This document shows, piece by piece, positions 29,204 to 32,000 of a DNA stretch of 32,000 bases (position 1 is its first letter; each line of letters begins with the position of its first letter). The translations under genes were made by a program, and so were the position numbers. The stretch lies in assembly GCF_000186885.1 (NCBI RefSeq), contig NC_014972.1:2310001-2342000 (forward strand), given 5' to 3'. The notes under the pieces were generated by a model. The model searched no databases. It was not told the DNA's origin and saw only the letters and a list, made by a program, of their open reading frames with translations. This DNA is from Desulfobulbus propionicus DSM 2032. GTDB taxonomy: Bacteria > Desulfobacterota > Desulfobulbia > Desulfobulbales > Desulfobulbaceae.

Positions 29204-30208
29204 GTGGTTGATTTCAGTCGCCGGTGGAGTGCAAAAGCAGAAATACCCACCAACAGGCTCATCGTCTGGCTTGGCGTGGCGCGGAGTAAATTTTACGCCT
29301 GGATTGGCCGTTGCGGCAAGGCAAACGAACATAACGGTCTAATCCCTCGTGACTTCTGGCTGGAGTCCTGGGAGCAGGAGGCCATCATCCGGTTTGCGCT
29401 CGATCATCCCCTGGAAGGGTATCGGCGGTTGACGTTCATGATGCTTGATCGGGACATTGTTGCCGTCAGTCCGAGTAGTACCTGGCGAGTCTTGGCCAAG
29501 GCCGGTTTGCTCAAGAAGTGGAACCGAAAAAACAGCGCCAAGGGAAATGGCTTCGTGCAACCGCTTCGTCCTCATGAACATTGGCATATCGATGTGTCAC
29601 ATCTCAATATCTGCGGCACCTTTTATTATCTATGCAGCCTGCTCGACGGCTGCAGCCGTTTCATCGTTCATTGGGAGATCCGGGAGCAGATGACGGAGCA
29701 GGATGTGGAGATCATTGTCCAACGGGCCAAGGAGAAATACCCCGAAGCCCGGCCTCGGATCATCTCCGATAACGGCCCGCAATTCATTGCCAAGGATTTC
29801 AAGGAATTCATCCGGCTCTCCGGCATGACGCACGTGCGGACATCACCGTACTATCCGCAGTCCAACGGCAAGTTGGAGCGATTTCATGCCACCATCAAGG
29901 GAGAGTGCATTCGCCCCGGCGTACCGCTTTCCCTTGACGACGCCCCGAGGATGGTGGAGAAGTTCATTGCCCACTACAACAACGTCCGGCTGCATAGCGC
30001 CATTGGCTACGTGGCTCCAGTGGACAAGCTCAGTGGCAGGGAGCAGGAAATTTTCAAAGAGCGGGACCGGAAACTGGAAGCGGCCAGAGAACTGAGGAAG
30101 ACAAAACGGCTTCGGGCGCCGTCGGCAAACCCGATGCTCTCTCAAAAAGACAATACGGCTCCTTCGGAGTCCTTACTGCAAACGGCAAGATTGTCCATTT
30201 CCAACTGA
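29204..30208 (+). CDS. IS3-family transposase OrfB (DDE / rve integrase core), probably made as an OrfAB fusion
   Basis: Track ORF starts at GTG 29204, and the frame is open from 29150. The DDE triad contexts are HWHIDVSH, IISDNGPQF and YPQSNGKLERFH, with a YNNVRLHSAIGY tail. Confidence 0.9.
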   Translation: MVDFSRRWSAKAEIPTNRLIVWLGVARSKFYAWIGRCGKANEHNGLIPRDFWLESWEQEAIIRFALDHPLEGYRRLTFMMLDRDIVAVSPSSTWRVLAKAGLLKKWNRKNSAKGNGFVQPLRPHEHWHIDVSHLNICGTFYYLCSLLDGCSRFIVHWEIREQMTEQDVEIIVQRAKEKYPEARPRIISDNGPQFIAKDFKEFIRLSGMTHVRTSPYYPQSNGKLERFHATIKGECIRPGVPLSLDDAPRMVEKFIAHYNNVRLHSAIGYVAPVDKLSGREQEIFKERDRKLEAARELRKTKRLRAPSANPMLSQKDNTAPSESLLQTARLSISN

Positions 30209-30217
30209 GGCGGAACA
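30183..30217 (-). repeat. IS right inverted repeat (IRR)
   Basis: The reverse complement reads TGTTCCGCCTCAGTTGGAAATGGACAATCTTGCCG. It overlaps the last codons of orfB, as is common in IS3-family elements. Confidence 0.55.
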
Positions 30218-30260
30218 AACAGCCGATCAAGGTTCATCGATCAACGTGCTGGGAAGAGCA

Positions 30261-30294
30261 AACGAAAAAGAGGCCTGAAATATATTTCAGGCCT
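30261..30294 (-). terminator. Rho-independent terminator of the nuo operon
   Basis: Perfect palindrome AGGCCTGAAATA/TATTTCAGGCCT (30271-30294), immediately followed on the minus strand by CTTTTTCGTT (complement of 30261-30270). It lies about 50 nt downstream of the nuoN stop. Confidence 0.8.
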
Positions 30295-30345
30295 CATGAA
30301 GATTCTTTTATCCTTTAAGTATTTCAGATCGTTTTCATGAAACCG

Positions 30346-31773
30346 TCAAACGGTAATAGGATACAAGCTAATCGCGAAAACACAAAGAACAAGGATAAAG
30401 GTACAAACTGGCGCAAAATTTGAGGGGAGGGGTTCGTCGAACTGCTCCTCCGGCTCGTGAAAGTACATGTTAATGATCAGACGCAGATAGTACCACATGG
30501 AAATAATGCTGCTGATGATGCCTAAAACTGCCAGGGTGATTTGGCCTGCATCGATGGCACTGGTAATAATATAAAATTTCCCCATAAAGCCTGCGGTGGG
30601 GGGGATACCGGCCATGGAAAGCAAAAACACGCTGATAGCTGCGGCGGAATAGGGACGAATTTTGGCAAGTCCCTTGAAATCATCAAATGTGTTTCTCTTT
30701 TCCTCGGCTCCGCCGAGATACGAGAGTGCGCAAAAAATACCAAGAGTCCCTGCGGCATAAGCGGCCAAATAGTAGGCAATCACACTACCGGAAAATTCTT
30801 GGCTGCTTACAGCAACAAGAGCGATCAACAAATAACCGGAATGAACAATACCGGAGGCAGCGAGCATTCTTTTCAAGGATTGCTGGCCGATGGCGATGAG
30901 ATTGCCAACAAACATCGTCAAGATGGAGATGTAAAACAGAAAGGTGATCCATCCACTATGCAATCCTTGATCGACAACCAAGAAATTGGCGAACACAGCA
31001 AAGATGGCAGTTTTTAACCCCGTGGCCATGTAGCCTGTGATTGGAACGGAAGCGCCGTCATACACATCGACGACCCAGGCATGGAAGGGAAAGGCGGCAA
31101 CCTTGAAAAGAAAGGCTACCAAGATGAAGAAAGCACCGCCCACCAATGCCGGTGTGTGCAAGAAGCCGTGGGCGGCAACGAATTTGCCGATGGCCACAAA
31201 CTTGGTGCTGGCGGTGGCCCCATAGACCAAGGCTGTTCCCATGGTCAAAAATGCACCAGCGAAGGCACCAAGCATGAGATATTTCAAAACAGCCTCAGTG
31301 CTGATAACATTCTTTCGGTTGTAACCAACCAGGATATAGATGGCCAATGACATAATCTCCAGAGCAATAAAAACGGATATTAACTCTTGGGCCATGGTCA
31401 ACAATAACATTCCTGAAGCGGCAAATACCGTAAGACTATAAAACTCCGGGCTGCAAAAAGTATTCTGTTTGAAATAGGTCTGCGCACTCATAACGGTAAA
31501 GAGTCCGCAAGCTAGAATAATCAGGCCAGCAGCCTTGGAAAAATTAGTGACCACGAGGAAGCTGTTGAAAATATCCGAGAAAAGGACTGCTTTCCCGGTA
31601 ATACACGAACCCAGTTGAACAAGAAATGCTATGGCAAATACAAGGGCACTCCCATAGGCAGCCATTTCATGAGAAATTTTTTCATAGGCAGAAGAGAGCA
31701 TCAACAAGATGGCTCCTGCCCCAACGATAATCAGTGGCATGAGTAACAGTAAATCGTTCGTCATAATGAACAT
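30346..31773 (-). CDS. nuoN: NADH-quinone oxidoreductase subunit N (antiporter-like subunit)
   Basis: 475-aa polytopic ORF with NuoN/ND2-type motifs (FKVAAFPFHAWVVDVYDGA, LKRMLAASGIVHSGY, LSMAGIPPTAGFMGKFY). It is the last gene before the terminator and follows a NuoM-like gene. The start is ATG 31773 or ATG 31764. Confidence 0.85.
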   Translation of the reverse strand: MFIMTNDLLLLMPLIIVGAGAILLMLSSAYEKISHEMAAYGSALVFAIAFLVQLGSCITGKAVLFSDIFNSFLVVTNFSKAAGLIILACGLFTVMSAQTYFKQNTFCSPEFYSLTVFAASGMLLLTMAQELISVFIALEIMSLAIYILVGYNRKNVISTEAVLKYLMLGAFAGAFLTMGTALVYGATASTKFVAIGKFVAAHGFLHTPALVGGAFFILVAFLFKVAAFPFHAWVVDVYDGASVPITGYMATGLKTAIFAVFANFLVVDQGLHSGWITFLFYISILTMFVGNLIAIGQQSLKRMLAASGIVHSGYLLIALVAVSSQEFSGSVIAYYLAAYAAGTLGIFCALSYLGGAEEKRNTFDDFKGLAKIRPYSAAAISVFLLSMAGIPPTAGFMGKFYIITSAIDAGQITLAVLGIISSIISMWYYLRLIINMYFHEPEEQFDEPLPSNFAPVCTFILVLCVFAISLYPITV

Positions 31774-31779
31774 CCGGTA

Positions 31780-32000
31780 TTATTGCTGTTCAATGTTGAG
31801 CTCAACGCCGTGAGCATTGGTGGTTGTGCTGTGTGCGACAACAGGAGCGTTCTGGGAAAATTGCAATGCAGCAGAAGGTGTGATCTTACTTATAAACGGC
31901 TGCGGATAAATTCCCATGATGATGATGAGTAAAATCACGGGGAGAAAGGTCAATCCTTCAACCAAGGTCAAATCTTTAAAATTCTCAGATGTTGCGGTGG
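31780..32000 (-). CDS. nuoM: NADH-quinone oxidoreductase subunit M, C-terminal fragment (gene continues beyond the right edge)
   Basis: The track shows 31780..31971 from a TTG, but the frame stays open to position 32000 (..TATSENFKDLTLVEGLTFLPVILLIIIMGIYPQPFISKITPS..). The C-terminal pattern D-L-x-x-x-E...GIYPQP is typical of NuoM, and the gene sits directly upstream of nuoN. Confidence 0.7.
   Translation of the reverse strand, partial: TATSENFKDLTLVEGLTFLPVILLIIIMGIYPQPFISKITPSAALQFSQNAPVVAHSTTTNAHGVELNIEQQ

Larger units (their letters stand above)
28791..30217 (+). mobile_element. IS3-family insertion sequence (orfA/orfB with -1 frameshift), ~1.43 kb, apparently intact
   Basis: Two consecutive ORFs encode an HTH protein and a DDE integrase, in frames 0 and -1. 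Imperfect 35-bp terminal inverted repeats both start with TGT (23/35 identical, conserved core GGACAATCYTGCCG). No matching 3-4 bp direct repeats flank these ends, so the boundaries are approximate. Confidence 0.7.

Overview
High-GC bacterial chromosomal segment; the gene content (many sigma54/PAS regulators, tRNA-Leu-tig-clpP-clpX-lon synteny) suggests a Desulfobacterota/deltaproteobacterial-type genome, but that is a low-confidence inference. Left to right: (i) a minus-strand operon of a small His-rich membrane protein, a PAS histidine kinase and a response regulator cut by the window edge; (ii) ppk1 and ppnN; (iii) an AcuI/YhdH-like reductase divergent from an MFS transporter; (iv) the plus-strand proteostasis block tRNA-Leu(TAG)-tig-clpP-clpX-lon; (v) a long co-directional minus-strand gene string from 28639 down to 15325. 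That string runs Cache/PAS hybrid histidine kinase, a 550-aa anchored unknown, a 126-aa unknown, HPr, PTS Enzyme I, ThiL, an atypical PpsA-like dikinase, a dual-specificity phosphatase fused to a YkgJ-type Cys-cluster domain, an NtrC-type sigma54 response regulator, and a stand-alone YkgJ protein. (vi) An apparently intact IS3-family element with an A7 frameshift site. (vii) The 3' end of a nuo operon (nuoM partial, nuoN) with a clean intrinsic terminator. No CRISPR array, rRNA, prophage or recognisable defence or toxin system was seen. The most unusual content is the tightly coupled EI/HPr-ThiL-dikinase-phosphatase-sigma54 regulator-YkgJ operon. Its dikinase keeps the ATP-grasp and swivel-His motifs but shows no PEP/pyruvate-barrel motifs, and its neighbour is a Cys-based phosphatase with an unusual fusion. 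Functional ideas for that cluster are hypotheses, not demonstrated. Spot counts suggest base composition falls in the right-hand part of the window (sensor part of the hybrid kinase, nuo genes), with the IS between those genes. All family assignments come from motif recognition by eye; no database search was run.
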